Source of the DNA: the human T2T-CHM13v2.0 reference genome, Homo sapiens
Length of the DNA stretch: 64,000 nt
Assembly (NCBI RefSeq): GCF_009914755.1
Contig: NC_060926.1
Reading direction: 5' to 3' (one strand)
Shown: positions 44,341-57,240 of the stretch, one piece after another
Layout: each line of letters starts with the position of its first letter
Position numbering within the stretch: the first letter of the stretch is position 1
Notes under the pieces: generated by a model
Database searches by the model: none
What the model saw: only the letters and a program-made list of their open reading frames with translations
Told to the model about the DNA's origin: nothing
Position numbers and translations under genes: made by a program

Positions 44341-45279
44341 GATGATACTATATAAATAGAAAGTGTAACTACACTTATTTTTAATTGAATAATCACTGTT
44401 TCCAATTTGGGATTATTTCAACAATGCCTCTTCTTGTATTTTTATTTTGACTCTCTAGGGGAAACTTGAAGTTTCCTGGTAATTTATCATTTTAACCACA
44501 GTTTTCCTGAGGCAGTAAGTTTATATAGGAAAATAGTTCACTCTGAATCTTCAAAATTTTTTTCTATGGTATAATTTGCCATCACACTAAACACACGTGT
44601 CATTATCTCATAAGCTCATAATTGCTGACTCCTCTAACCCTGACATCTCCAGAACACGTAGTTCTCCAAAAGAACACAACATTGCAATGCCAATACAAAA
44701 TGCAGGCACCCCTGTATGTCAGGGTGAGAAGTCAACATTGTTTTGAAAAGGAACTGCCACCCAGGGTTAGAGGAATCAAGGCTGCTGTGCGACTCCGGCT
44801 CCTGATGCTTTCTCCTTGCATTGGAAAGTCCTGTCCATAGATGCAGATGAGGCTGCCGACTTGTTCCCAGAGGGCACATGTGCCACAGCCTTTCTAGCAG
44901 GTGAGGTGTTGATGCAGATTCAGACACACTCCTGCCCTCTCTCCCTTGTGTTTATGAGATGCCTCCCAGAGGACTGAGCGGAGTCTGGGAGGCTAAATCA
45001 TCAGCCGGCAGGGCTAAACCTGTGGCTAATTTATTCTGAGCTAGCCAGAAAGCACGAAACTAACTGAATCATCCATCGTGACTACATTACAGAATAGGGC
45101 AGCACTTTCCAACATTCCTCACGCCATGGCACACGGAGAAAATAATAATACAACATAAGACACCCCAGGGCAAACAAATGAAGTTGTTTGCAACTAACCA
45201 AGTGGCTCCAGCCACTCCAGTCCTTGCCTGGGCAGCCAGTGGCTGAAGGGCTAATATTTTGTGCCATTTATTGGGAGGT

Positions 45280-45545
45280 CTAGTGTAGAGCAAAATGGTT
45301 AGGGCAGAGTAGTGCCAGGTGAGAGAGGGCTCTGAAGATAGAGGGCTTGGATTTGAGTCCTGGCTCTGTCACTTATGACCTTGGATGAGACCCTTAATCT
45401 CTCCTTGCCTCAGTTTCTTCACAGATGTAATGGGCTTAGTAACAGGACCTACTTCAAGGGCCTGTTCTGAGGATTAAGTGAGTTAATCCATGTCAAGTGC
45501 TTAGAAGAGTGTCTGGCACAGAACAAACACTGAGTAAATGGCAAC
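45280..45545 (+). mobile_element. MIR
   Basis: CCTGGCTCTGTCACTTA...GCCTCAGTTTCTTCA...GAGGATTAAGTGAGTTAAT. Confidence 0.85.
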
Positions 45546-45974
45546 TGCTGCTGTTACTGCTGTATCAGCTCCAGAGACCCAGGGCTGGCTTCCCAGCAGG
45601 GAAGCGCAGGCACAAACGGAATAACACTCCAAATCCAATTAGAAGTCGTAGTCAGATGATTCATTGCTTTCCCCAAATCTGTGCCTCTTCTGTTCTCTTC
45701 TCTCACCCTCTTTCTTTCTCCCCTTCCCTAATGTGGCTGTGGATGCCTCAGAAGCAATAGTAAAAGAGGAAAGAGAGTTGATCTGGGAGTGGGAATGCAC
45801 ATCCCAATTCTAGTTCTTTCACTCTCTAGTGGGCTGCTGGGCAAGTCACCTCACCTCTCTGCCCCTCCAGCTCCTCATGGGTTCAGTGGTTGACCAGATG
45901 ACTGAAAAGGTCTTTTTCTGCTTTGATGTGTCATGGTTGGTACAGAATTACATGCTATGGAGTGCATGCATGCC

Positions 45975-46024
45975 TGTGTGTGTGCGCGCGCACGCGCGTG
46001 TGTGTGTGTGTGCGTGTGTGTGTA
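45975..46024. repeat. Alternating (TG/CG)n tract
   Basis: TGTGTGTGTGCGCGCGCACGCGCGTGTG... Confidence 0.95.
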
Positions 46025-47463
46025 GGGAGGCGTGCGGGGATGGCTATGTCTGGTGCCTAAAACCGCAGCACTGATGTCCAGAATGATTAATACAAGTTAA
46101 TGTTTTCTATGAATCAAAACCCTCCAACACATCCCCACCTGCACTCAGAACACACCTTCAATTTGCCAGCGTTGCCCTCCAATTGCTGCATTCTAAATTG
46201 GAGTCTTTTCTACCTAAAGAATAAATCCATAAATATGTCTCCTAGGTAACATCTTGTTAGCCCCATTACTCAAAGCTCTTGAAAATAATAAAACTGCATT
46301 TCTTTATTAAAATATGAATTCAGACATTTCACTTAGGCATCTCACCCAATTAACCTGAATTAGTAAAGTATGTTCACATTTCTGCACACATGAGGGCATT
46401 GGATAAATGCATACAGACTTATATTTATCCATAGAAAATGCATGTTTTAAAAAGCCATTTCCCAGCATCTGCGGTTATTCTTTCCTATCTCGATTTTACT
46501 TAGAGGTAGTTATAACATGTTCATCCTTCATGTTATTAAAAATTAATACTTTAGCCCAAATAGTCACTCATGAATAACAGCCAGAGCAACATCTCAATTT
46601 CATCCTGATCCTGACAAGAACTACCTCCCACCTTCCCGGTATGAGAATTCTCTCCCCTTTTCTTTCTCCCCCACCCTCCAGAGAGGATGCTCCTCTGAAG
46701 CCATTTCTCACACTCCCCGGAAGCCAGCTGTCCTGCTCTTGCAAAGTCACTGAAGAATGTCCTGGCACAGTGAGGAGGAGGCTCGGGCAGAGCCGGGTAG
46801 CCTGAAGGATTTGGCAGAACAAAGCCCCACCAAGCAGGACCCTGCGGTTTCATTTTGTTTTCACTGACATAATGCCCTTCCTCTGTGAAGCCCAGCTCAG
46901 GCCTGTGTGAGACAGACTTTCCTGAGGTTTGGATACCTACCACAGGCTCAAGTGACTGCCAGTCTGTCCAACGGCTGGGGCGATGTTTTTGAAGCTTTAG
47001 AGAGAGCTCTGACCTGCTTCCTACTAATGGAAGGGCTGACAGCCTGGAGCAGAGCCAGGTCCAACAACTGGGCATCCTCACAGCCTTCATATGTCAGGCT
47101 GTGGGGGGCCCAGGGCTGGCAGCAATAGCTGTCATGGGCCTGCATCCTGGAGGAAGAGAGGGAGGGCAAGATGAATGTGGCCAGGACTTTGATTGCCTGC
47201 CGCCTTTGACAAATGACAACGGTTAGGAGAAAGAGTTCACCAGGAAAAACAAAATGCAACTCACAGGGCAGCCCTGGAGCCCTTTGAGGAGAGGTACATT
47301 TTGTCTCCCCTGGTGGCACAGCCATTGTCCAAGGCAGAGAGAAGCAGGCCCCTGAGTGTGGCGTGGCCCAACCAAGCTTCCCTATGACTTGATTCCTGTG
47401 GTAGGCTGAATAAAGGCCCCCAAAGATACCCAGATCCTAATCCCTGGAACGTGTGAGTGTTAC

Positions 47464-48549
47464 TGTTGGCAGCAGCAAATCGGAACAGGTCTCTGTTCTG
47501 TTCTGTTCAGGTTCTCTCATCAACCTCAATTCTTGCCTTCTCGGAGGAAAAAATTCAACGAGGGGGCGTAAGGGAAAGTAAAAGACAGAAGCAAGTTTTT
47601 GAGCAGGAGTGAAAGTTTATTAAAAAGTTTTAGAGTAGGAATGAAATGAAGTAAAGTACACTTGGAAGAGGGCCAAGTAGGCAACTCGAGCGATTCAACT
47701 GCACTGTTTGATCTGTGACTTGCGGCTTTATACGTTGGCACATGTATTAGTCCGTTTTCACACTGCTGATAAAGACATACCTGAGACTGGATACTTTATA
47801 AAGAAAAAGAGTTTTAATGGACTCACAGTTCTGTGTGGCTGGGGAGACCTCACATTCATGGCAGAAGGTGAAAGACACGTCTTACAGGGTGGCAGGCAAG
47901 AGAGAATGAGAGCCAAGTGAAAGGGGAAACCCCTTATAAAACCATCAGCTCTTATGAGACTTATTCACTACCATGAGAACATTATGGGGGAAACCCCCAC
48001 GATTCAATTATCTCCCACAAGTCCCTCCCACAACACGTGGGAATTATGGGAGCTACAATTCAAGATGCGATTTGGGTGGGGACACGGCCAAACCATATCA
48101 GCATGCTTCCGGGGTCTGCACTCCTTCTCCCCTGATTCTTCCCTTGGGGTGGGCTGTCCACATGTACAGTGGCTGGCCAGCACTTGGGAAGGGCTGCATG
48201 CACAGTGTGTTCACTGAAGTTGTATGCATGCTCACTTGAGGCATTCTTCCCTTACCAGTCAGGTGTAGAGGAAGGTCACATACCAGTTAAACTCCGCCAT
48301 TTTGCCTCTTAGTGCACATGCTCAAGTCCACTCACCCAACTCCTGAGATCTTCCTGCTGATCACCCACTTCAGGTGTTTTCTTTCTAATGGAAAATTGCC
48401 TTTTCTTAGTGCTGGCTGTGACTAATTATTATTTTAGAGAGACAGTTTAACAACTGCCTGACCATCACCTAATGGTTACCTGACATTCCTGGTTGGGGTG
48501 GGGGCCCTATCTTTTCCTGCTCATCCCTGCCTGCCTACCTACTGTAACA
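47464..48549 (-). mobile_element. MER4-group ERV1 solo LTR (MER50/MER66-like), split by THE1
   Basis: TGTT...CTACCTACTGTAACA termini; 4-bp TSD TTAC/TTAT. Confidence 0.82.
47743..48100 (-). mobile_element. THE1 (THE1B-like) solo LTR
   Basis: TGTATTAGTCCGTTTTCACACTGCTGATAAAGACATACC...CCAAACCATATCA; TSD GCACA/GCATG. Confidence 0.93.
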
Positions 48550-49157
48550 TTATCTCATCTCGCAAAAGGGACTTAATAGAGATGATTAAGTTAAGGATCT
48601 CGAAATGGGGAGATTATCCTGAACTTGTCTGAGTGAGCCTTGTATGTAATCACAAGTGTCCTTATAAGAGGAAAACAGAGGGAGATGTGGCTACAGAAGT
48701 GATGGCGATAGGAGGCCTGAAGCAGAGCTTGGAGTCATGCGCTTTAAAAATGGAGGAAGAGGCCACAAGCCAAGGAATAAAGGCAACCACTGGAAACTGA
48801 AAAAGGCAAGGAAACGGCTTCTCCCCTAGCACCTCCAGAAGGAACTAGCCCTGCTGACGCCTTGACTTTAGCACACTGAAACTAATTTCAGATTTCCTGT
48901 CTCCAGAAGTGTGACAGTATAAATTTGTATTCCTGCAAGTCACTAAATTTGTGGTCATTTGTTATAGCAGCCACAGAAAACTCAGATGGTTCCCAAGTGC
49001 AGGAGATGCCCTAGTTGCAGGGCTGCCGTTTATGGCAGAGAGACTCCTGAGAGACAAAAGGGAGCACCAGTGCACCTCTAGGCAGTTATTCCCACAGATT
49101 GTGCATCTCTGGCCAATGCTAGGAGTGGCAAGGGCTGGGATGAGGAGGGAAAGCAAT

Positions 49158-49320
49158 AGACATTTACTGAGCATCTGCTATGTGCTGATATATCATGTTC
49201 ATAATTCTAATTTAACCCTTGCAGCAACCTTATAAGGCAGATGCTAGTACTCTGTTTTCTGATGAAGATGGTGAGCTCAGAGACTCCTGATCACCTGCCC
49301 AAGGTCGCACAGTTGGTCAG
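49158..49320 (-). mobile_element. MIR
   Basis: ACATTTACTGAGCATCTGCTATGTGC...CCCAAGGTCGCACAG. Confidence 0.7.
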
Positions 49321-50129
49321 CAGCTGTTCCTCTAGGAAAGTTTACTTGGGGCTTCCCTTCATCCCTGCTCTATATATCCCTTCCTTATGGATCCCCCAAA
49401 GTGAGAGATTGGGTGAGGCAGTTCTTATAGCTCCAGTTCCAAGGAGTTCATTTATTCATTGTCCTATTCATTCATTCACTAAATATTTAGCCAGTACTTC
49501 CCATATGTTAGGTCCTATGCTATGGGAATCAGGGCTCATCCTGTCTCAGATCACTTACAAACCAGGAACAGACTTTACAAAACAAATTATGCCGGCATTT
49601 CCCTCTAAAAGTCCACCACCCACCTCGGACAAGGACGTTGGCACAGAGGGTCATGCACAGTCCACAATGAGAATTCTTTTATTTTATCAAGGAGAAGCTA
49701 ACATTTGGCCTTGTTGGTAACTTGTCAGAACAGAGGGAAGAGGGACTGGCATCCTTCATGAGGAGGTGATGCCACTAGTTTTCCTGAAGGTGTGCATAAA
49801 TTGCATCAGGCCCCAATGCTCTCTCACGCTACTCCCTGCACATCAAGAGTAAGCAGGGGTTAATGATTGGCCAGTTTACAGGTACAGGCTGTGGCCTGTA
49901 CAGTACTGCTGCTAATCTTGATCCAGGGTTTAGCTTGGACTTTGCTTCCGTAACTTCAGGCTCTGTAGGGGCAAGAACAAGGCCTAAGGCTTGTGACTAC
50001 ATCAGCTGCTCCATATCTGGGGCATAACAGGAAGGCATTGTGGAGTTTCAACTGGGTGTTCCTCTCTTTATGTCCTCTCCCAGCAACGATGCTGACTTTG
50101 CGTCCCATTTGGTCTTCTACTGTTGGTTT

Positions 50130-50652
50130 CTTCCAATCGAATGCTTTCAGTTGCAAATAATGAAAAATTCAATCCAAACTGCTCACATAAGCAAGGTATT
50201 TTATCGGCTTCGTTTAATCTAAAGGTCTAGAGTAGGGCTGACTTCTAGGAAGAGCTGTTCTAGTGGCGCAAACAATGTGAACAGGCTGGGGTTTTTTTTT
50301 CCTCTGCATTTCCCAGCTTCCTTTCCTCATCAGCCTTTGCCCACATGAGGCTCTCTTTCTTTGGGCAAGATGGCTGCCAGCAGTACCCCAAACAGAGTCT
50401 TGTTGGCCCTGATGGGCAGATGAAGGTGATGGTCCCAACTGGGAGCCAATCAAGAAGGCCAGGAGGAGAGTGATGCACTGATTGGTTTAGAGTAGATCAC
50501 GCGCTCCCTCCCTAACACTGGGGGTGGAGCACCTGTGGCACACAGCTGAAAATGGGAGGGAGGATGACTTCCCGGAGGAAGTTGGGGGTATTGTTAAGAA
50601 GGGGAAGGGGAGAATGGATAGATATTGGGGAGCCAATCAATAAATGTCTATA
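50130..50652 (-). mobile_element. Old MLT1 (K/L-like) LTR
   Basis: GAATGCTTTCAGTTGCAAATAATGAAAAATTCAATCCAAACT; CAAGATGGCTGCCAGCAG. Confidence 0.6.
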
Positions 50653-50961
50653 AAACTTATAGGTTTTGTTGTTGTTGTTGTTTTGATTTTAAACGAACAA
50701 ATTCCCTGCCCTTCTTAATACTTCCTGGGAGTCAATAATCTTGCAAGGGCTTCCTTAATTGGGTACTTATGATATGACACTCTCCTTAACACTCCCATGA
50801 ACACATTTCTTCTTCATTAGGGCTTCAGGAGTTTGAAATGCCAAGCTCTTCCCTGTGTTTTCTGTCTGCGCTTCCCCTAAAAGAACCAGGGCTGCAATAT
50901 TGCCCTTGATTAATCACAGCCCAATTATCTATGTGGATTATCCTTCTTTCTGTTCTCACAT

Positions 50962-51035
50962 CCTGCCTGCCTTTTAGCCACCCCCTGCTCATTAAGAACC
51001 TGCCTGCCTTTTAGCCACCCCCTGCTCATTAAGAA
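50962..51035. repeat. Perfect 37-bp tandem duplication
   Basis: CCTGCCTGCCTTTTAGCCACCCCCTGCTCATTAAGAA x2. Confidence 0.97.
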
Positions 51036-53392
51036 GACTGTCTAAAAGGATGGGGTTTAAAAAAAAAAAAAAAAGGAAGTACAACTCCAAATCAGCAGTT
51101 CAGCTCCTTACTAACCCTGGTAAAATTTTTGAGGAAGACTTTGAAAGGAATGATTGCTTGAGATTATCTTGAATTTCCAGCATACATGATTACTTTACTG
51201 ACTCCTTCCCATGTCCTGTCCACCCCCACCCCAAGTCCCAGCCTCCTTAGAGATATTGAAAACAGCTAAATCCAGAAAAGGCACATTCCTTAGACACCCA
51301 GACATTTCAATGGTTCCATTCTTATTCTCTCATTTCCTAGGTATCTCAAGTAACTTTTTATTTTTAAATCAAGCCAATTGTTTTTGAGACCTGTTGAAAG
51401 GATAATGGCCCAACCCCACTCCCCAAGTTGAGAACTCAGATCCCACCTCTCAGTTTCCTAGCAAATGAGTCAGAGAAGCACAAAAGCCCTTGCTAAATCA
51501 GGTAAACAAAGTGAAGGGTGTGGAGGCAGGCTGGGGGGACCAGGCATCCCTTCCAGCATGTCGAAGTACTTACATCACCTTCCCCGAGCATTGATCACTA
51601 TTTCCACCCACACTGAACTGGATTCACCCTAACTCTGGTGTAGGCTAGACAGGAATTGGTAATGATTTCCTAGGTTTTCAGTCTCCTTGGCAGAATTTGA
51701 ACAAAAGGAAAAAGATATCTTTTCTACTTTTTAAAGGTCAATTTTTTCCCCAACATCTATAACAAAAAAAAAAAAAAGTGATTTTTCTCTGGGATTTGCC
51801 TTTCTCCTGACCACAGCTGGTGGAACAGAGACCGCCATCTCGGCCACGAGATGAGAGCAGTCGGGCAGTTATTAGAGAGCTCCAGCTCCTGCACGCCATC
51901 ATATGACAGCAGCCCAGAAGCTTTAGGTTTGGTAATGAACGAATGGAAGTGTTTTCAAAACCAAGCCACCGGCCCCACATTCAGCCTGTAAGTCTTGGTA
52001 GAAAGTAGGGGGCTGGCATTTCCTTTTACTGGCAACACAGCTTGGCCTAGGTGGCCCTGCATGTTCGCACAGAGAGTTACGGTAAGCATTGACAACCTCT
52101 CCCAGCTATGTTTAGAAGGGGCATAAGCAGCCCATCCCCTTGGCAATGTTTGTGATGACTGTTCTCACAGCAGCAAAATGCATGCTGGACTCAGAAACAT
52201 TCTATAATCCTTATTTGCAGGTGATAATAGAATACTAGTTGTTGCTGTTATTCTTATGATCCCAGTTTTACATGGGAAAAAACTGAAGCCTAGAAAAGAT
52301 TAGTACCTGTAGTTTTCCCAAGGTCATATCACTAATAAGGACACAGCCAGATTTCGACCAGGACCTGCCCGACTCTGTGCATCATCCAACCGTTAAGTTT
52401 TACTGCCTCTCCACTCCCTTTCCCCGGAAGACCCTAGAAGGGCAGTCAGGCCTGCCTTTTCAAGGCCCTGGAGAAAGGCCAAGCTTCCTTCCTGGATCTT
52501 GGAACCTCCTCCTCCTTAGGATGATGTGGTTCTCTAAGCCCTGAAAGTTTCACCCAGGACCTCTAGGTGAGAAGCGACTCCCCAACACCAGCAGGTTCAC
52601 AGAAACCATGATGCCCAGAAGGGGAGCAAACCCTTCCATCGGCCGGGGCTCAGGAACCTGAGGATTAATTGCTCTGCAAGCGGCTTGTTAGAGGCTGTGT
52701 TGGCAGATGAGGAGAGCAGCAATAGAATCAGCCAATTAAGCAGCCAATGGTGCTGAACTAAATGTGACCTCGTACTTAATTGTGGATGTTGTTTCTCGGC
52801 AGTTTCTCACCAGTCTGGGTTTGGGGGAAAGAAAGGGAAGGGTGAGGGGAGGGTGAGTGGTGACGGGAGGGTCCTATTTGTAGGGACGCAAGACTCTCAT
52901 TTCTTTCTTTCTTAAGGGGACAGTAGCATCAGGGATTCAGTGATTTCCAGCACAAGAAAGTTGAGGAAGGGTGGCCTGTCTCTGCTGTATCCCTGGGGCA
53001 GCAGGCAAGTGGAAGGCCTAGGCTTAGATGACAAAGCGACCAGCCCTTTTCAGTTGAATGAAACATTTCCAAACAGGCTGGAGACTTAGACTCAGGATCA
53101 CATCTCTAATAGGGAGGAGGAGACACTGATAGAGGCAGGAGCCTGTGCTGTGCTTCATAGAGAGCTCACACCATTTGGAAACCTCGTTCCTCTCTACTCA
53201 TACCCTAGCCTGGTGATTAGGGAGACCCTTGGTCCCCTCCATACTTTGTCACTAACATGCCTAGAGCACCAGGTTCAGAAACTTGTGGGCCTAGAGAATA
53301 GGGGGTTGGGGGGCTCAGACGGAGAGGGAGATACTAATGTCTCCACATCTCCACAGCTGGACCCGCCGATCCAGCTGCTTCCCTACTGCCTT

Positions 53393-53762
53393 TGTGACAG
53401 CTTCAGGGGTGTGCTGCTTGGATCTCCCCTCAAGAGATGACTTGCCACTCCACTGCAAGGAGTGCGGTGGGCTGACAGCCTCCAGTTGGTAGAGCCTTTG
53501 GGACTCACCCCGGCTCTGAGGTTACCTCTTCTTGGTCAGCCCTAGCTAATGACTGAGCATGGTGGAGGGTGGGGCTTGGAGTCTCTACCAGCATGGCATT
53601 CCCAGTGAGGTTGGCTGAGAGAGACATCGTCAGATGTGTATTGCATTCTCAGACTCTCCCTACCCAATTCGGCTTCCTTGCCCTTTCATCTTTCACAGGC
53701 ATTATCCCTCAACAAACCTCTTGCTGCACTCTTGACTCTGTCTCAGCATCTGCTTCCCAGCA
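53393..53762 (+). mobile_element. LTR16-like ERVL LTR
   Basis: GCTGACAGCCTCCAG...CAACAAACCTCTTG...CTCTGTCTCAGCATCTGCTTCC. Confidence 0.7.
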
Positions 53763-53779
53763 ATGGGCTTTGGACACAC

Positions 53780-54255
53780 TCCCCCAGTACGTGGCATCTT
53801 GGCATTCGCAGAAACAGCAGCAGCAGGTCATAAAACCTAGGAAGGTCCCTCTTACCTTTCTTCCACCCTTCTCCCCTGAAGTGGGTCAAAAGACACTCAG
53901 AGAGGGGGCCCCCCTGTACCTGGAGGAGAGGAACATCCTTATGTCTGAAAACACAGGGACACAGAGAAAAATATGAACAGGCCTTGCTAAGTTCACCCTC
54001 CCTAGTTTATTGCCATTAGATCATGCCCCCTTGTCTAATCATACTTCTCCATGACTACCCATCTCTTCATCACGCTGAGCGTAAAAATACACATTTGCCT
54101 GTTTCTTTGGGTCTTCATTTCCTCATGAAGACTCTTGTGTCATGTAAAACTTAAATAAGTTTCTATACTTTTCTTTTGGTATCTTTCTTTTATTATAGGG
54201 GCCTCTGCCATGAACTTAGCAATGTTTGAGGAAAGCAAGCTTTTCTTCCCTTATA
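53780..54255 (+). mobile_element. MER39-like ERV1 LTR
   Basis: GGAACATCCTTATGTCTGAAAACACAGGGACACAGAG...TTTGGGTCTTCATTTC...ATGTAAAACTT. Confidence 0.75.
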
Positions 54256-54559
54256 CCAGAAGACACAGCCTTCTAGTGAGGATATGTCCCAAAACCAAAG
54301 GGCTGTTTCTTTCCTATTTCTTCCCAGCCCTATTCAGATTCTCCAACAGGCATCCTCTCCCTGCCTACTCCTGTCCGTGTCCCAGGGAGCAGACAGTGTG
54401 GCCTGCAGCTCTGCCAACCAGTGCCTACCATGTCTTCTCCTGAATCCCAGACTAGTGGAAAACCAAACAGGTTGCTAAAAGTTGGGTTCTAGTCAACAAG
54501 AGGGAAAATGTCACAGGCTGGCAAAAGCATTTTTACCTCTTACAGGTGAGACTGTGAGT

Positions 54560-55870
54560 TTGCAGAGTCAGCACAGACATTGGCTGAGTGCCTCCACAAT
54601 GACGAAGATGCCACAGGTAAGGAGCGCCTGTCTTTGGAGCAGACAGTTCTTTAGGGATGGGATCAGGTGGTGCAGATGCATGAAGAATATAAAGCACCAG
54701 AGGTACAGCAAGGCACCAGGGAACCCACAGGAGCAAGAGGCCAACTCAGCTTGTGAGAGCCCTAGGAGGACTTCCTGGTGCAGGCAGCATGAGGGTTCTG
54801 TCTGAAGTGACAGGAAGGATGGGGTGTTATAAACGGAGAGAGAGGCAGAGATTCCGAGTGAAGGGAGTGCAGGAGGATTCAGGGCATGGTGACTGGCCCA
54901 GCATGAGTGGGGTACTTGGTGTTTTGAAGACAAAGTTAGAATGATAGGGTATCTTTAAATAATGGAGGACCTTGAATGCCTAGGATATTTAAATTTTATT
55001 CTATTTGTACTGGGGAGCCATGAAGAAATGTCAGAAGAGGGGCAATGTGATCAGATTAGTGTTTTAGAAATATAGGTTCTTGACAGGACAAAGGGGTAGA
55101 GATTAAAGATGGGTAGAACAGTTAAAGGCTGTTCCATCAATGAAAGCAAGGATGGTGATGGCCTGACTAGGTCAGAGAAATAGCCATGGTGAAGAGGAAA
55201 AAGATTGGAAATGTATTACAGAGGAGAATAACCAACAGGATTGGATATAGGGCAAGCTGAGGAAGAGAAGGTGCCAGAGTCATGAGTCTGAATAATCTAC
55301 TAAGTGACCTCAGAACAGGATTGAGGGTAAGTGGAAGAGTGTGGGTCAGGATACGTGGAGGCTGAGATGAAAGCAACTGTACACGGAGTTCTGGAGTCTT
55401 GGAGAAGGATCAGATTAAAGATACAATTCTGGAAGTCAACCTCATCGTTATCTTCACACCTCGGGTTCAGGTGCTGAAAAGGAGAGGGAGAAAGAGAAAA
55501 AAGAAGAGAATCCAAGACCAAACCTTGGGACAGCCTCCATTTAGAAGGATGAGTCCAGAAATGATTGAGATGACATCATCACAGTGCAGTGGGGCCAAGA
55601 TCTGGAAGAAGTCCCAAGTAGAAGGGCATGGTCAACAATATCAGATGCTATAGAACGTCATGAAGGATGTGGCCCACTGGGAGGCTGCCAAGTGGAGAAC
55701 ACTGAGGTGGGGTTGGCCTTAGTAAGTGTGGCTGCAGCAGAAAGCTGCAAACGGAATACAGTTTTGCTTGGGTCGAGTCATGAGCTGAAGGCAGGGAAAT
55801 GAGGTAGAGTGCTGATCTCTCTTTCAGGAAGTGTTTGTTGAAGAACAAAAGAAGAGAAGTCTTAAGTTTA
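54560..55870 (-). mobile_element. L2 remnant (long)
   Basis: GGACCTTGAATGCC...TACTGGGGAGCCATGAAG...GATCAGATTAGTGTTTTAGAAA. Confidence 0.7.
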
Positions 55871-55945
55871 TGTAACAACATGTTCCAAAGAGTTATTCAT
55901 CTAAGAGCATACATTTTTAAAACTTTTTATTCAAAAATAATTTCA

Positions 55946-56324
<379 letters not shown>

Positions 56325-56474
56325 TCATATTTTGCCCATTTGTTTCATCATTTGCTTTCTCGTTTTCTCTCTTCTCTCTCGATACACACACATATAAATA
56401 CATACAAATATATAATTTTACCTACCCATGCACATATATGTCAAATGTTTCTCTGAACCATTTGAGAGTAAGTA

Positions 56475-56924
56475 TAGTTGACCCTTGAATAATGCAGAAG
56501 TTAGAAGCATCAACCCCCTATGCAGTCAAAAATTCTCATGTAACTTTTGACTCCCCGGAAACTTAACTACTCATAGCCTACTGTTGACCACAAGCTTTAC
56601 CAATAACATAAATGATCAATTAACACATAAGCTGGAGTAAGCTAGAGAAAAGAAAATGTTATTGAGAAAATCATAACAAAAAGAAAATATATTTACTATT
56701 TATTAAGTGGAAGTGGATCATCAGAAAATCTTCATCCTTGTCATGTTCACACTGAGTAGGCCGAGGAGGAGGAGGAAGAGGAGGAATCAGTCTTGCTGTC
56801 TCAGGGGTGGCAGAGATGGAGGAGGTGGAAGGGGAGGTGGGAGAGTTGGGCACACTTGGTATAACTAAAATCCATGCACGAGTGGTCCAATGCAGTTCAA
56901 ATCTGTGCCATCAAGGGTCAACTG
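56475..56924. mobile_element. Tigger2a (MER28)-like transposon
   Basis: TIRs TAGTTGACCCTTGAA / TCAAGGGTCAACTG, TA flanks; homologous to the copy at 15994. Confidence 0.88.
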
Positions 56925-57080
56925 TACATATTTCATGGCCCTTTAACCCCTAAAACCATCGGTATGTATTTACTAAGAATAGAATAAGAGTACTCTCTTA
57001 CATATCCATAGTATATTATCAATTTTATTAAAGTTAACATTGATACAATCTTTTTCTCAATTGACCAATATCCTTTATAG

Positions 57081-57240
57081 TGTAGGGGAGGAAAAGTACT
57101 CTTTTTCTTACCCATCGCAAGGTTCGTGGCTGAAGCCCTTATAACAGAAGACATTAATAACAAGAGAAAAACATACAAATTTATTTAATATATTTTATGT
57201 AACATGAAAGCCTTCAGAAATGAGGACCCCAAGAAACTAA
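57081..57240 (-). mobile_element. ERV1 LTR 3' fragment (MER39/MER34-like)
   Basis: TGTAGGGGAGGAAAAG...GCAAGGTTCGTGGCTGA...GACATTAATAACAAGAGAAAA. Confidence 0.65.

Larger units (their letters stand above)
47397..48986 (+). mobile_element. MLT1C/D-like LTR split by an ERV1 LTR
   Basis: TGTGGTAGGCTGAATAAAGGCCCCCAAAGAT start; GTCACTAAATTTGTGGTCATTTGTTATAGCAGCCACAGAAAACT end. Confidence 0.88.

Noticed and set aside
46551-47325. Longest ORFs (179 aa and 125 aa, minus strand)
   Set aside because: No known domain, W/S/P-rich composition typical of random GC-richer DNA, no supporting exon structure
49241-49720. 159-aa plus-strand ORF
   Set aside because: Runs through MIR and L2 remnants (FIHCPIHSFTKYL is the reverse L2 tail)
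50962-51035. 37-bp repeat of CRISPR-like length
   Set aside because: Only two adjacent copies, no spacer, no cas genes, primate DNA
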